Counted from the first letter of the stretch, positions 30,252 to 41,249 are shown. The stretch is 64,000 bases of DNA from Promethearchaeota archaeon (GCA_019058445.1 JAHPZA010000010.1:384001-448000), one strand, 5' to 3'. Translations and numbers: made by a program. The notes: generated by a model not told the origin, from the letters alone.

Positions 30252-30686
30252 GTGATAAATATAAAAATGGATGTTATAGATTTAAAAATTTTAGAGGAAT
30301 TGAAACAAGATAGTCGAATAAGTTTCAATGAAATTGCGGATAAAATAGGAAAAACTGAAGCAACCATACGCCGTCGTGTTAAAAAACTTAAAGAAGATGG
30401 AACAATTAGGAAGTTTACTATTTTATATGAACTGAACTCAAAGCCAAAAACCCGAGCAACGGTGAAGATTGAGCCCGATTTCAAGGACATCAAGCGAATT
30501 CTAAAGGAACTAATCGATATTGAGCAAATAACAGATATCTGGAGGCTTTCCGGAGATTGTGGGTTATTTATGAAAGTAGAAATTGAGTCCATTGAAAAAT
30601 TCAACCCTTTAATTGAGGAACGATTAGCTCAGATAAAGGGAATAAAAATCGTTGAGACCTGTTTTATTACTGACGTTATAAAGTAA
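30252..30686 (+). CDS. Lrp/AsnC family regulator
   Basis: DLKILEELKQDSRISFNEIA...TIRRRVKKL HTH plus RAM domain. Confidence 0.9.
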   Translation: MINIKMDVIDLKILEELKQDSRISFNEIADKIGKTEATIRRRVKKLKEDGTIRKFTILYELNSKPKTRATVKIEPDFKDIKRILKELIDIEQITDIWRLSGDCGLFMKVEIESIEKFNPLIEERLAQIKGIKIVETCFITDVIK

Positions 30687-30772
30687 ATTTGAATTTCTTT
30701 TTCTTTTTTCTTATTTAAACTGGAGAAAACTTCTCATTTTAGTAAAAATTCTTCTTAATTTAAGATTTTACT

Positions 30773-31417
30773 TTACACTGCTTCTATTTCTTTCACAAAT
30801 ATTATTTCACTATTAACATCGTAAAATTTACGATCTTGGACCGATTCTATAAACACCGAAAACTTTTTTATTTGCTCTCTATATAATCCACTTTTTTGTA
30901 TTGCTACAGCATCTTCTTTACTTTCCCATAATCCAAAAGATATACCCTCGTCTCTCTGTTCTGTAACTAGAAGTAATAAGCTAACAAGCCCTTTTTGACT
31001 TTTCATAGCGGGGACCACGCTTCCATCCCAAATCTCTCTTACTTCTTCGGGGGAAACACCTGGTTTTACTTTAGTAAATGTCAAGCTACCAACTTTCGCT
31101 TCTAAGTCTTTCATAAAAACTAATTCGCTGTTCACCTCATAATACTTGCGGTTTGGCGGTGCTGCTAAAAAAGCTGCAAATTTTTTTACTTGATCTTGAT
31201 AATAGGGGATTTTCTCTCCTGCCAACGCATCATCCTTATTCTCCCAGAGAGTGAGAGCAAGAGCTTCATCTCTTTTTTCTGTGACTAATAAGCAGCCACC
31301 TATAAATCCTTTCTGTTCTTTAGAAGCAGGGATTACACTACCATCCCAAATCTTTCGAGTATTCTCTAGTGAAATATTTGGTTTTAATTTGGCAAAGGTT
31401 ATGCGGACAAACGCCAT
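30773..31417 (-). CDS. Tandem ABM-like (dimeric alpha/beta barrel) protein
   Basis: Internal duplication IWDGSVxPAxKxQKG...LWExKxDA. Confidence 0.7.
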   Translation of the reverse strand: MAFVRITFAKLKPNISLENTRKIWDGSVIPASKEQKGFIGGCLLVTEKRDEALALTLWENKDDALAGEKIPYYQDQVKKFAAFLAAPPNRKYYEVNSELVFMKDLEAKVGSLTFTKVKPGVSPEEVREIWDGSVVPAMKSQKGLVSLLLLVTEQRDEGISFGLWESKEDAVAIQKSGLYREQIKKFSVFIESVQDRKFYDVNSEIIFVKEIEAV

Positions 31418-31650
31418 ATAATTAACCTCTTATTGAATTTTGTTTTATAAATTGGATTTTATTACAGAAAACAAAATTATAATTAACTATTTAAATCTTT
31501 ACATTACTGTAGAAAACGCTCAGATAAAGATCATACCCTTCAAATAGATACTCTCAAAATTATGAAAAATAATCCCAATATCTAAAAACAACTCACGATT
31601 AAAAATTCTAATACTCAATTTTTTAACAGTTAAAAAACAGGAAAAATAAC

Positions 31651-32139
31651 ATGGCAATTAAAAAAGGAGATATTATTAAAGTGGAATATGAAGGTACTCT
31701 GGATGATGGTACTGTTTTTGATAGCACAAAATTAAACGGAGGAAATCCCTTAAAGTTCGAAGTTGGCGGAGGACAACTCATTAAGGGGTTTGACGACTCA
31801 GTTATAGGTAAGGAAGTTGGAGAAGAGTTTTCAATTACGCTTCAACCCTCAGATGCGTATGGAGATTATAAAAATGATATGGTACGTAAACTGGCAAAAA
31901 ATCTTTTCCCAAAAGAACAAGAACCACAAGCTGGTATGATAATCCAAGTGATGGATGAAACAGGACATATAATATTAGCATCAATTAAGGAAGTTATAGA
32001 TAATAATGTGATTGTAGATATGAATCATCCTTTAGCAGGTAAAGTATTAAAATTTAAGATTAAAGTGACCGAGACAGGTTGCGAACCTGATCCTCCTCAT
32101 ACATGTGGATATGGTTGCGGTCACGACCACGAGCATTAA
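31651..32139 (+). CDS. slyD: FKBP-type peptidyl-prolyl isomerase, SlyD-like
   Basis: YEGTLDDGTVFDS, DMNHPLAGK; Cys/His tail HTCGYGCGHDHEH. Confidence 0.9.
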   Translation: MAIKKGDIIKVEYEGTLDDGTVFDSTKLNGGNPLKFEVGGGQLIKGFDDSVIGKEVGEEFSITLQPSDAYGDYKNDMVRKLAKNLFPKEQEPQAGMIIQVMDETGHIILASIKEVIDNNVIVDMNHPLAGKVLKFKIKVTETGCEPDPPHTCGYGCGHDHEH

Positions 32140-32338
32140 GTTTTTACAAAATCAGAAGAGAAGTAACAATATTTTTTTAAATTTTTTTCTTATTGTGAGA
32201 GCGTGAGATACGTTCAGTGATTTCCTACTAGAGTTCAATTAATATTTTTTATGAAAAACACATTTAATTAAAATGATCTTAAAAATATGAGAAAAAGACT
32301 TTTGAGCTTTATAATACCTATTAGCTTAAAAAAGAGTC

Positions 32339-33262
32339 TCAACTATCTCCTTCGATTGCTTCAAGGTTCCATACATTTAGGTATTTTATTCGCAGTTTTT
32401 CTGCTAAGTCGGGGTCCATTACATACATAGAAGCAAAAATCTGATAAGGTTTTACGGGATTTTGAAGTTTAAATATTATTCTCTGCTTGTCAGAAATGTC
32501 ATAATAAGTAGGTGTCTTTTTATAGATATATTTCATCTCAAAGTTGGGGCGTTCTACTGATAACTGGTAATACTCTTCAAGTATTTGTGTAATTTTGACA
32601 AACAGTTCAGCATTATGAGATTCTTGCTCATCCGAAAGAGGGCGCCCATCATGTTCAAAACTCCATAAGTATTTAATCCTTACTCCCCTGTCTAAAGCAC
32701 GTTTATATGGTTCAAAAATATCTTTACCATATGGAATGATCTTAGTTGTGTTTTCATTGATAAAACTATTTATCAAAATCTCGTGTTTAGAATCATAACA
32801 AAATTTTTTATACAATGAAACAATTGATTGATACTCGAATGCCGTAGACCAAAATATCTTAAGCGGTTCTTTTTTAATAGAGGTTTCTGATTCATAAAGG
32901 TTTGCTTCTATTAATTTAGCTTGTTGTACTAAAAATGCCTCTTTTCTTTTATTTTCAGCAGTCTGATGTTGAATAAGATTTTCTAATGCCTTATTGAGGG
33001 TTAAAGATTTGAATTTCTTGGGTCTAGATTCAATGATCTCAACCATACCTTTATCATTTAAATCATCTAGAACTTCATATATTCTTCCGCTAGGAACATT
33101 GGATTTTAATGATATCTCTTTGGCAGGGATTCCGTCATATTTTGATGACTTTAGTAGAGTAATAAACGCATTAATTTCATATGTAGAGAGATTTGCGTTA
33201 ATCAAAAATTCACTTAGATTATCAATTAAATTATCAGACATCCTAATAATCATATGCTCCAT
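32339..33262 (-). CDS. TrmB family regulator (paralog of 38224-39117)
   Basis: LSTYE...VPSGRIYEVL; shared KKEPxKIFWSTA. Confidence 0.85.
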   Translation of the reverse strand: MEHMIIRMSDNLIDNLSEFLINANLSTYEINAFITLLKSSKYDGIPAKEISLKSNVPSGRIYEVLDDLNDKGMVEIIESRPKKFKSLTLNKALENLIQHQTAENKRKEAFLVQQAKLIEANLYESETSIKKEPLKIFWSTAFEYQSIVSLYKKFCYDSKHEILINSFINENTTKIIPYGKDIFEPYKRALDRGVRIKYLWSFEHDGRPLSDEQESHNAELFVKITQILEEYYQLSVERPNFEMKYIYKKTPTYYDISDKQRIIFKLQNPVKPYQIFASMYVMDPDLAEKLRIKYLNVWNLEAIEGDS

Positions 33263-33423
33263 TAAACTTAAAATTAGTTGTGGAGGATTTTTGAGAGATT
33301 ATTTGCATTAATTTTTTTTATTTATTTTTTGAAATAAAATGAATTAAGGACTATTAGCATTAATTTTATAATCATATAATCCTATTATTTAATAAGGTTC
33401 CTAATTAATTAATATATAAGATA

Positions 33424-33894
33424 ATGATACAAGAAAAAAATGAAGACATAATCAAAGAAGATTTATTTATGGATTTATTTCACCTCATTAAAAGAATAGG
33501 AAAGGATTTTGATTATATTGAGCGAGAAATATTATTGAAACGACCTAAGATTAGCATGAAAGAAATAACACCACCTCAATTATTTATACTCCGAATACTT
33601 TGGAAAGAAGATGGCTTCCCCTTAAAATATCTAGCAACGGCAGCTAAGTGTTCTCGTTCTACTATGTCAGGTGTAGTCGATACTATGGAAAAAAATGGAT
33701 TAATTATTCGCGTTCCAAATCCTAAAGATGGACGTAGTACATTAATTAAGCTTACAGAATTAGGGAATGATATAAAACGCTTTACGCCACCATTAGATAC
33801 TTATTTAATGTCTCATTGTAAAGATATAAGCAAAGAAGAGCTTCAAATGTTAATTTTATTATTAAAAAAATTTTCAAGCTCTTTAGTAAAATAA
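33424..33894 (+). CDS. MarR family regulator
   Basis: ITPPQLFIL, MEKNGLIIR, DGRS, LTELG. Confidence 0.9.
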   Translation: MIQEKNEDIIKEDLFMDLFHLIKRIGKDFDYIEREILLKRPKISMKEITPPQLFILRILWKEDGFPLKYLATAAKCSRSTMSGVVDTMEKNGLIIRVPNPKDGRSTLIKLTELGNDIKRFTPPLDTYLMSHCKDISKEELQMLILLLKKFSSSLVK

Positions 33895-33944
33895 TTTAAA
33901 TCCTTATACCTAAAAGATTTTTGAATATAAACTCAAAAAAATAG

Positions 33945-33977
33945 TTCGGGATCGAAAGACTTTAATACGGTACCGAA
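33945..33977. promoter_or_regulatory. Two TTCG-N4-CGAA-type palindromes flanking/overlapping the TATA box (probable repressor operators)
   Basis: TTCGGGATCGAA at 33945-33956 and TACGGTACCGAA at 33966-33977, 21 bp apart, around TTTAATA. Confidence 0.55.
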
Positions 33978-33988
33978 TTAAAAAATTT

Positions 33989-34330
33989 ATGGAAAAAGAA
34001 TTTAAAAATAAAATGAAAAAGTCTAAACTAACTAGAGAAGAAATGAAAGATTTTTTAGCTAAGGCAGAATCCATTGACAAAAAATTAGATCACGGCAGAG
34101 CATATAGAACCCTCATGAATCAAGTAAGAAGGGAGCTTCTAAAATTCATTGGTTGTGAAGTAAGATCTATGGATGAAATGAAAAAGGAGTTTCAATTAGA
34201 TGAAAATCAACTAAGATATCATTTATCAATGCTACTGCAAAGCCTATATGTTATAGAATCACAAGAGGGATGGAAATCGACTCCAAGAGGAATTGGGTTT
34301 TTAGAGAATGCCATAATGAGCGATAATTAA
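33989..34330 (+). CDS. ArsR-like winged-helix protein
   Basis: RRELLKFI...QLRYHLSML...TPRG. Confidence 0.7.
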   Translation: MEKEFKNKMKKSKLTREEMKDFLAKAESIDKKLDHGRAYRTLMNQVRRELLKFIGCEVRSMDEMKKEFQLDENQLRYHLSMLLQSLYVIESQEGWKSTPRGIGFLENAIMSDN

Positions 34331-34344
34331 ATGAGGAGGAAAAA

Positions 34345-34917
34345 ATGGACATTAAAGAAGCAAAAAAAATCCTGGGTAATGAATTTAGTTTTATGTTCGA
34401 TTTTATTAATTCAGTTGTTCAGGGTTTGGGGTTGGATAAAGACGCTAAAATTCTGGATGTTGGGACTGGACAAGGCAGGATGGCTATAATACTTGCTCTA
34501 AATAATTATAAAGTAATTACTGGAGAACCAAAGGGCGATAATTCTGAATATGCTAAACGAGATTGGTTGAATAATGCTAAAAAAGTAAATGTGGACCATA
34601 TGATAACATTTATGCATTTTAATGCCATGGATATGTCATTTGAAGACGGAGCTTTTGATGCCATTTTCTTACAAGGATCATTTCATCATGTAGATGACAA
34701 AGTTTCAGCATTTAAAGAATTTATACGTGAAACTAAACCTAATGGGATTATTTGTATATTTGAACCAACTCCCAGAGGCATAAATGCAATGCGTAAGAGA
34801 TTTCCTTCTCATCCTGATGCGGTTGATCCGAGAAATTTAGCACATAATTATAATTTATATGTAGAGGTAATAAATGGTTCATTTTTCGATGCCTTTGTCT
34901 TTAAGAAAAGAGATTAA
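34345..34917 (+). CDS. Class I SAM-dependent methyltransferase
   Basis: ILDVGTGQG, FDAIF, FHH. Confidence 0.9.
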   Translation: MDIKEAKKILGNEFSFMFDFINSVVQGLGLDKDAKILDVGTGQGRMAIILALNNYKVITGEPKGDNSEYAKRDWLNNAKKVNVDHMITFMHFNAMDMSFEDGAFDAIFLQGSFHHVDDKVSAFKEFIRETKPNGIICIFEPTPRGINAMRKRFPSHPDAVDPRNLAHNYNLYVEVINGSFFDAFVFKKRD

Positions 34918-34954
34918 AAAAATTTATAAAAATTCTAAATAAGGTTAAAATAAA

Positions 34955-35524
34955 TTGAAGGTAATTGCAATAAGCGGAAGTCCCCGTCCTCGGGGAAATA
35001 CATCCCAATTAATTGAAATAGTTTTCAACGCGATAAAGGAAAAAGATAATACAATTGAAACTGAAATGATACAATTAGCGGGGAAAATAATAAATACCTG
35101 TTTATCTTGTTATAAATGCGTCAAAAATAAAGATAATAAATGCATTCAAAAGGATGATCTCAATGCCATATATGCAAAAATGGTTAAAGCAGATGCGATT
35201 ATATTTGGAGCCCCGGTTTATTTCGGCGATGTTACAGGAAAAATGAGATGCTTTATTGAGAGGGTTGGTATGATTGCTATGTTTAATAATAAGGCATTCA
35301 AAAGAAAAATTGGGGCAATAGTAATAGCGAAGAGGAGACAAGGAGGGATCCAATCCTTGAATACAGTTAATTTTCTTTTCTATATTAGTGAAATGATTAT
35401 TGTAGGCTATGCTATAGGAATTGGTACAACTCCTGGCGAAGTTCAAAACGATTCAGAAGGAATAAATGATGCTAAGACTTTAGGAAAAAACATTTTTTGG
35501 TTATTAAATAAAATTCATAATTAA
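34955..35524 (+). CDS. Iron-sulfur flavoprotein / flavodoxin family
   Basis: GSPRPRGNT, CLSCYKC-x7-C, PVYFG. Confidence 0.9.
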   Translation: MKVIAISGSPRPRGNTSQLIEIVFNAIKEKDNTIETEMIQLAGKIINTCLSCYKCVKNKDNKCIQKDDLNAIYAKMVKADAIIFGAPVYFGDVTGKMRCFIERVGMIAMFNNKAFKRKIGAIVIAKRRQGGIQSLNTVNFLFYISEMIIVGYAIGIGTTPGEVQNDSEGINDAKTLGKNIFWLLNKIHN

Positions 35525-35634
35525 TCCTTATTATTGGCTTTATTAGGAATAGATGAAGCTATTTTGGAGCAAGAAGTCCACAAAAAAATTAAATTATTTA
35601 ATGATGGAATAATCAAATTACGTAAAACTGTGAG

Positions 35635-36504
35635 GTGTCCAATTTGAAGGCATTAATTATATATTTCTCACAAACTGGAAATACAAAAAAAATTGCTGAA
35701 ACCATCAAAAAAGGGATTCTCAAAAGTGGAAATATGTGTGATATTGCTCCAATTAAGAATGTTAACATAAATTTATTGGAAAGCTATGATCTCATTGGGA
35801 TTGGAACCCCTACTTTTTTTTATAGAGAACCTAAAAATGTGCTAAACTTCATTCAAAATCTTAAAGAAACAAAAGAAAAGCACTGTTTTATATTTTGTAC
35901 CCATGGGAGTTTAATAGGAAATACGTTTTATCATATGAATGAAGAATTATCTAAAAGGGGATATATTGTAATCGGAACATTCGATTGTTATGGATCTTCT
36001 TCGATCCAGTTTTATCCCCAACCGATGCATACAGAAGGTCATCCTGATGAAATTGAATTTATGGAAGCTACAGAATTTGGAGAAAATATCTGTGAAATAA
36101 ACCTGAAAGTTCAGAATGGCCAAATGAACTTAATCCCTCAATTTGAACTAATTTCAAAAACATGGTGGGCACTGCAATCAAAACAACTAACAGTGGAAGT
36201 ATTAAAGAAAATTTCTCCAAAATTTAATATAAATTTAGACGTATGTACTAAATGTTTAACTTGCCAAGAGGCTTGTCCAACAAATTCCATTGATGTAGAA
36301 GCAGAACCTCCAGAAATTCAGAAGGAAGGATGCATTTCCTGCTGGTATTGTGAAAAAGTGTGCCCTGAGGGGGCTATTGAAGCCGATTGGTCAATGATGG
36401 AGAAGGCCTCAAAAAGCAATCTTATTGGATATATTGAAGCTTTAAAGGAAGCGGAGAATCAAGGAAAGTTTCGACCTTATATTGATTACCAAAACATAAA
36501 ATAA
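35635..36504 (+). CDS. Flavodoxin-ferredoxin fusion (EFR1-like)
   Basis: YFSQTGNT flavodoxin motif plus two CxxCxxCxxxCP motifs. Confidence 0.85.
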   Translation: MSNLKALIIYFSQTGNTKKIAETIKKGILKSGNMCDIAPIKNVNINLLESYDLIGIGTPTFFYREPKNVLNFIQNLKETKEKHCFIFCTHGSLIGNTFYHMNEELSKRGYIVIGTFDCYGSSSIQFYPQPMHTEGHPDEIEFMEATEFGENICEINLKVQNGQMNLIPQFELISKTWWALQSKQLTVEVLKKISPKFNINLDVCTKCLTCQEACPTNSIDVEAEPPEIQKEGCISCWYCEKVCPEGAIEADWSMMEKASKSNLIGYIEALKEAENQGKFRPYIDYQNIK

Positions 36505-36546
36505 TCCTTAATTATTATAGTTCTCATAGAAAAATTTACTTTTAAA

Positions 36547-37704
36547 GTGATTAAAATAGAATTAAAACATCTTTTCAGTCCGGGAAAAATAGGAAATGTT
36601 CAAATTAAAAATAGAATTGTGCGTTCAGCCACCTATGAACGACGAGCAATGAAATATGGTATTGTAAGCGACAAACTTATCGAATTATATAGAGAATTAG
36701 CAGAAGGTGGAACAGGACTAATCATCACTGGAGCGATTGGCATAGACCCAAAAGCAACAGGAGGGCCAGATCAACCATATTTATTTGATGATTCTCACAT
36801 GGAGGGCCAGAGAAAGCTGGTAAAAGAAGTTCATAATTATTCTGACACTAAAATAGCGGCACAATTCGTCCATACTGGTCGTCAAGGAACTCATCCTAAA
36901 TATACCTCTGTTGCACCATCACCTATAGAAGATAAATCAACTAATAAAATCCCTAAAGAATTAGCAACTGAGGAAATCGAGAAAATTGTACAGAATTTCG
37001 TAGTTGCTACACGAAGAGCTTATGAATGTGAATATGATATGGTCCAAATGCACGGAGCTCATGGATATTTACTAAGTAACTTTATCTCTCCTTATACAAA
37101 TATTCGAACTGATGAATATGGAGGAAGCACTGAAAAGCGGGCAAAAATTTTAGTGGACATTTATAATCATGCAAGGGATGAAGTGGGAAAGGATTTTCCA
37201 ATACTAATTAAACTACAAATTGATGATGATATTCCAAGTGGATTGAAGTTAGAGGAAGGAATTAAAATCGCTAAAATTATGGTAGATACTGGCTATAATG
37301 CGATAGAACCAAGTGGCGGTATAGGAGAATCTATCTCGTTAAATAAGAATCCATTACCGAGTAGATTTGTGAAATCACCTGATGATGAAAACTACTTTTT
37401 AGATTCCGCGAAAAAACTAAAACCAATCATGAAAGATTGTCCTTTAATACTTGTAGGAGGGGTTAGAAATCCTTTATCTGCAGAAAAAATTCTTCAAGAA
37501 AAACATGCTGATTTCATATCATTGAGTAGACCCTTAATCTATGAACCAGATCTTCCAAATCGTTGGAAAAGTGGTGATTTATCACCAGCTAAGTGTCTGA
37601 GCTGCAATTCATGTTTCATGACTATGATGACAGGGGAAGTGTATTGCGTAGTGAAAAAGAAATTGGAAAAGAAAAGATTGAAGAAAGAAAAACAAAAAAA
37701 TTAG
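36547..37704 (+). CDS. NADH:flavin oxidoreductase (OYE family)
   Basis: NRIVRSAT, HGAHGYLL, RTDEYGG, CLSCNSC. Confidence 0.9.
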   Translation: MIKIELKHLFSPGKIGNVQIKNRIVRSATYERRAMKYGIVSDKLIELYRELAEGGTGLIITGAIGIDPKATGGPDQPYLFDDSHMEGQRKLVKEVHNYSDTKIAAQFVHTGRQGTHPKYTSVAPSPIEDKSTNKIPKELATEEIEKIVQNFVVATRRAYECEYDMVQMHGAHGYLLSNFISPYTNIRTDEYGGSTEKRAKILVDIYNHARDEVGKDFPILIKLQIDDDIPSGLKLEEGIKIAKIMVDTGYNAIEPSGGIGESISLNKNPLPSRFVKSPDDENYFLDSAKKLKPIMKDCPLILVGGVRNPLSAEKILQEKHADFISLSRPLIYEPDLPNRWKSGDLSPAKCLSCNSCFMTMMTGEVYCVVKKKLEKKRLKKEKQKN

Positions 37705-37716
37705 ATATTTCTAGTG

Positions 37717-38193
37717 TTAATTAAATGACAGAATAAAATTTGCTATGTGTTCACGCTCAATAAATCCATTTTTTTTATAAAACCCTTTTTCATAGGATAG
37801 ACGATTGCGATTATTAGCCAACATGAGTCGAGAGCAACTTTTTCTTTTCGCTTGATTTTTTACTTCTTCTATTAATAAGCTTCCAATTCCGCAGCCTCTT
37901 TCTTTTTCACTTACAAATAATTCTGAGATATACCCTTCAGGACCGGGTAAAAATGCATAGAATAGCCAATGTATAGCAATATATCCGACGACTTCATCAT
38001 CCTTTTCTGCTACGAAGACATTATGACAAGAATCTCTCTGACAAAACCTTATATGGTCCTTAATCTTAGAGATTGTATCTAGTTTTGAATTTTCCTTAAT
38101 ATGGTCAAACCATTTAAGTTCCCTTAGGATTTTTTCAATTGATTCAATATCTTTTAATTTTACAGGTCGTATTGTTACATTTCTATCCGTCAT
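37717..38193 (-). CDS. GNAT family acetyltransferase
   Basis: LFVSEKERGCGIG, FYKKNGF. Confidence 0.9.
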   Translation of the reverse strand: MTDRNVTIRPVKLKDIESIEKILRELKWFDHIKENSKLDTISKIKDHIRFCQRDSCHNVFVAEKDDEVVGYIAIHWLFYAFLPGPEGYISELFVSEKERGCGIGSLLIEEVKNQAKRKSCSRLMLANNRNRLSYEKGFYKKNGFIEREHIANFILSFN

Positions 38194-38223
38194 TCTTTTT
38201 ATTCTCCAATTTATCTCATTATT

Positions 38224-39117
38224 TTATTCTAATTCATTAGATGCTTCAAAGGTCCATATATTTAAAAATTTGTCCCTTAATTGATTGGCCAAAATTGGAT
38301 CTAAAACATTCATACATGAAAATATGCGGGATGGTCTTAATGGGTCTTGAATTTTAAATATGATTCTCTTTCTATCAAAAATATCGAAACTAGTAGGAAT
38401 TCTTTTAAATATAAATTTCATTTCAAAACCATTGAAGTTAAACTTAAGATTAAACATCTCTCCAAGTTTAAATGATACTTTTTTATATAATTTGAAGTCT
38501 TTTTCTTTTTCTGTTTCAGAAAGGGATCGTTCTTCGTGTTCGAAACTCCATAATAATTTTACTTTTACACCTTTTTCAACAATTTCTTTAATAGTTTGAA
38601 ACAAATCTTTTCCATATGGAAGAACCTTCAGAGTATAGATATTTATGAAATCATTTAGCAATAATTCATCTTTTAATTCTTTAGCATATCGCAAGTACAT
38701 TGAGATGATAGATGATGCTCCGTATGCTGTCGACCAGAAAATTTTTGATGGTTCTTTTTTGATAAATGCATCAGAATTATACAATTTTGCTTCAAGAACT
38801 TTTGCTTCATTACTTAAAATTTCTGTTTTCCTTTTATGTAAATTATCAAGATATGAAATTAAGTTATTAATTGATTGATTAATACTTAAAGCAGAATAAA
38901 TTTTTGGGCGTGTGCTTTTTATTTCAATCATACCTTTATTTTTTAATTCTTCTAATATTTCATAAATTCTTCCTGTTGGAATTTTAGATTTTTCACTTAA
39001 TTCTCGAGCAGTTAAATCGGATGATCTAAGAAGTGTTAAATAACCATGGATTTCATAAGAAGATAAATTAGCCCTTTTAAATAACTTTTTAAATTCATTG
39101 ATTAATTCAATTGACAT
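38224..39117 (-). CDS. TrmB family regulator
   Basis: LSSYE...IPTGRIYEIL wHTH; divergent from the 39.3 kb operon. Confidence 0.85.
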   Translation of the reverse strand: MSIELINEFKKLFKRANLSSYEIHGYLTLLRSSDLTARELSEKSKIPTGRIYEILEELKNKGMIEIKSTRPKIYSALSINQSINNLISYLDNLHKRKTEILSNEAKVLEAKLYNSDAFIKKEPSKIFWSTAYGASSIISMYLRYAKELKDELLLNDFINIYTLKVLPYGKDLFQTIKEIVEKGVKVKLLWSFEHEERSLSETEKEKDFKLYKKVSFKLGEMFNLKFNFNGFEMKFIFKRIPTSFDIFDRKRIIFKIQDPLRPSRIFSCMNVLDPILANQLRDKFLNIWTFEASNELE

Positions 39118-39207
39118 TATATATGAAAAGGTTACTACAAAATAAAGGTTTTTTATGTTCCTTATTATTATACTTTTAGGGCTCTCTTCTCTAGTTCTAT
39201 TCTATTC

Positions 39208-39248
39208 AACCTTTTTTTAGGTTGTTTATGATCGAAAACCAATTTAAA
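39208..39248 (+). promoter_or_regulatory. Shared promoter motif copy 1 (inverted repeat, ATCGAAAA BRE, TATA)
   Basis: AACCTTTTTTTAGGTT-N7-ATCGAAAA-CCAA-TTTAAA. Confidence 0.65.
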
Positions 39249-39291
39249 TGAAGATATGTGTTAAATCCTTAGAGTTAAAATAGCATCTAAA

Positions 39292-39792
39292 ATGCAGAAT
39301 ACAAAAAAAGCTCTAATAAATAAAAATAAAATGGTGAAAAAGATGAAATTAATAAAAGATTATGCTCCTTTTCTCCAAGAACATTTAGGTTATTCAAACG
39401 AAGAAATGGAACTATGGATGAAAAATCCGAGAAATCAAGAAGCTCTTTTGAAAGCACCAGCTTTAATGCAAAAAACAATCATAATCGAGGTGGTTGAATC
39501 ACATGGTTGTAGTAGTTTACATAAAGTTGGTGACAAATTTTATTTCGATGGTGCCGGAAATCTTCTTACTAAGTTAAATCCAAAAAGAATTTGTATTTTT
39601 GCTTTAAGTGAAATGGAAAGATTGATTTTTGCTGCTCAAGAGCTTTTCTATGCTAATGTTGATCCTAATGAATTACGTATTAAAAGAGTTGGCTGTTTCG
39701 ATATAGGACTAAAATGTGGAGGTTGGGGTAGAATAATTCTCGAGCTTAAATTTGAAGATAGAAATAAGATAAATATAAAATTAAAAAAATAA
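39292..39792 (+). CDS. TIGR04076-like Cys-containing protein
   Basis: EVVESHGC..HKVGDKF...ICIFAL...GCFD pattern; the true start may be a downstream GTG/ATG. Confidence 0.6.
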   Translation: MQNTKKALINKNKMVKKMKLIKDYAPFLQEHLGYSNEEMELWMKNPRNQEALLKAPALMQKTIIIEVVESHGCSSLHKVGDKFYFDGAGNLLTKLNPKRICIFALSEMERLIFAAQELFYANVDPNELRIKRVGCFDIGLKCGGWGRIILELKFEDRNKINIKLKK

Positions 39793-39810
39793 AAGATCAG
39801 GAGGTAAAAC

Positions 39811-41094
39811 ATGTCGAAATATCTTACTCAAGTTATAAATGATGAGATTTTAGAAAAATTTAACCTTAGAAATAGATATAACTTCATAAATAATAATGTT
39901 ATGTCAGTTTTGAGTTCAAGAGATTTCAATTATTTAAAGTCTTGTCAGAAGTTTTGTATAAAATTAGAAAAAAAACATAATATGACTCATGGTCCAGACG
40001 AGGATGTATACAATTATGTATCTGAGGCAGGTAAGCAAGGAATTATTAGTAGACTCTATAAATATGAAAATTTAGACTTAAATTATGAACCTTATGGAAT
40101 GATTGCAAACTTTATACGATGTTTAGCAGGCACTCCGTTTGACCCTCAATTAGCATTAGTTATTGGAGGTACCGAATTAGCTATTAACCCACTTCAACTT
40201 CATCATGAAAATCTCCCAATTAGATTAGAAGCATTAAAAGAGTTAGTAACAGGCAAAAATCATGGATGTATTTTAATTACTGAGCCAGAAGGAGGATCTG
40301 ATGCAGTTCATCAAACGACTCTTTGTGATGTACAAGAGGATGGCTCTTATATTTTGAATGGTGAAAAAATATACAATACAAATGCTCCGAGAGCAAAGTG
40401 GGCGGTCATTTATGCTACGGCTGAAGAAAAAAATGCTAATACAATGGTTCAAGTCTTAGTAGATACTTCTTGGAATGGTTGGAATTGTGAACGAGTATTC
40501 ATACCATGGGTACCAAAAGTTCATATAGGTCGAGAAAATTTAGTAAATCTTCGGGTTCCAAAAGAATATATTTTGGGTGAAGTTGGAAGAGGGCGTGATC
40601 ATCTTTTTGAAGGATTAATTGAAGAGAGAATAGAAATTGCTTATATGAGTCTCTGTTTGTGTTGGGGTTCACTTTCTCATGCTTTCATTTATACCAATCT
40701 GAGAAAACAATTCGATCAAGAAATTTTAAAGTTTCAAGGTGTAGGCTTTCTATTAACGGATTTATGGGCAAAAACTATGAATTTAACGCTCAGTATAATA
40801 AAATTTTGTGAATCTTATGATGAAAAAGTTGAAAAATTCAATAATCAATTACCGTTGAATATTCGATATGCTATGGTTGCATCAGCCAGTCAATTGAAAT
40901 ATCATTGTGCAAAACTTTCAGAAGAAGTTTGTTATGAGTCTGCAAACTTAATGGGCGGAGCAGGTTTATGTGATAACACCTTGACTCACGATTTTCTGAA
41001 TAGCTCAAGAGTCCAAGAAATAATTGGAGGCTCGCGTCAAATACAGCAATATATAATGTCAATGGCACTTAGACAACTATATAAAATGATGTAA
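39811..41094 (+). CDS. Acyl-CoA dehydrogenase
   Basis: ITEPEGGSDA, LNGEKIYNTN, RKQF, FQGV, GGAG, EIIGGS; AGGAGGT RBS. Confidence 0.9.
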   Translation: MSKYLTQVINDEILEKFNLRNRYNFINNNVMSVLSSRDFNYLKSCQKFCIKLEKKHNMTHGPDEDVYNYVSEAGKQGIISRLYKYENLDLNYEPYGMIANFIRCLAGTPFDPQLALVIGGTELAINPLQLHHENLPIRLEALKELVTGKNHGCILITEPEGGSDAVHQTTLCDVQEDGSYILNGEKIYNTNAPRAKWAVIYATAEEKNANTMVQVLVDTSWNGWNCERVFIPWVPKVHIGRENLVNLRVPKEYILGEVGRGRDHLFEGLIEERIEIAYMSLCLCWGSLSHAFIYTNLRKQFDQEILKFQGVGFLLTDLWAKTMNLTLSIIKFCESYDEKVEKFNNQLPLNIRYAMVASASQLKYHCAKLSEEVCYESANLMGGAGLCDNTLTHDFLNSSRVQEIIGGSRQIQQYIMSMALRQLYKMM

Positions 41095-41249
41095 CTAAGA
41101 CTTTTTTTTTTATATCATTTAAAATAAGGACAAATTAAGTTCTATGATTGAGATATACTAAATGATATTGTTATGTTTTTTAAAATAAATTTAAAAAGAA
41201 ATTACTAAATACAATTATTTTTTAAAAGAATAAAATTACTTAAATTACT

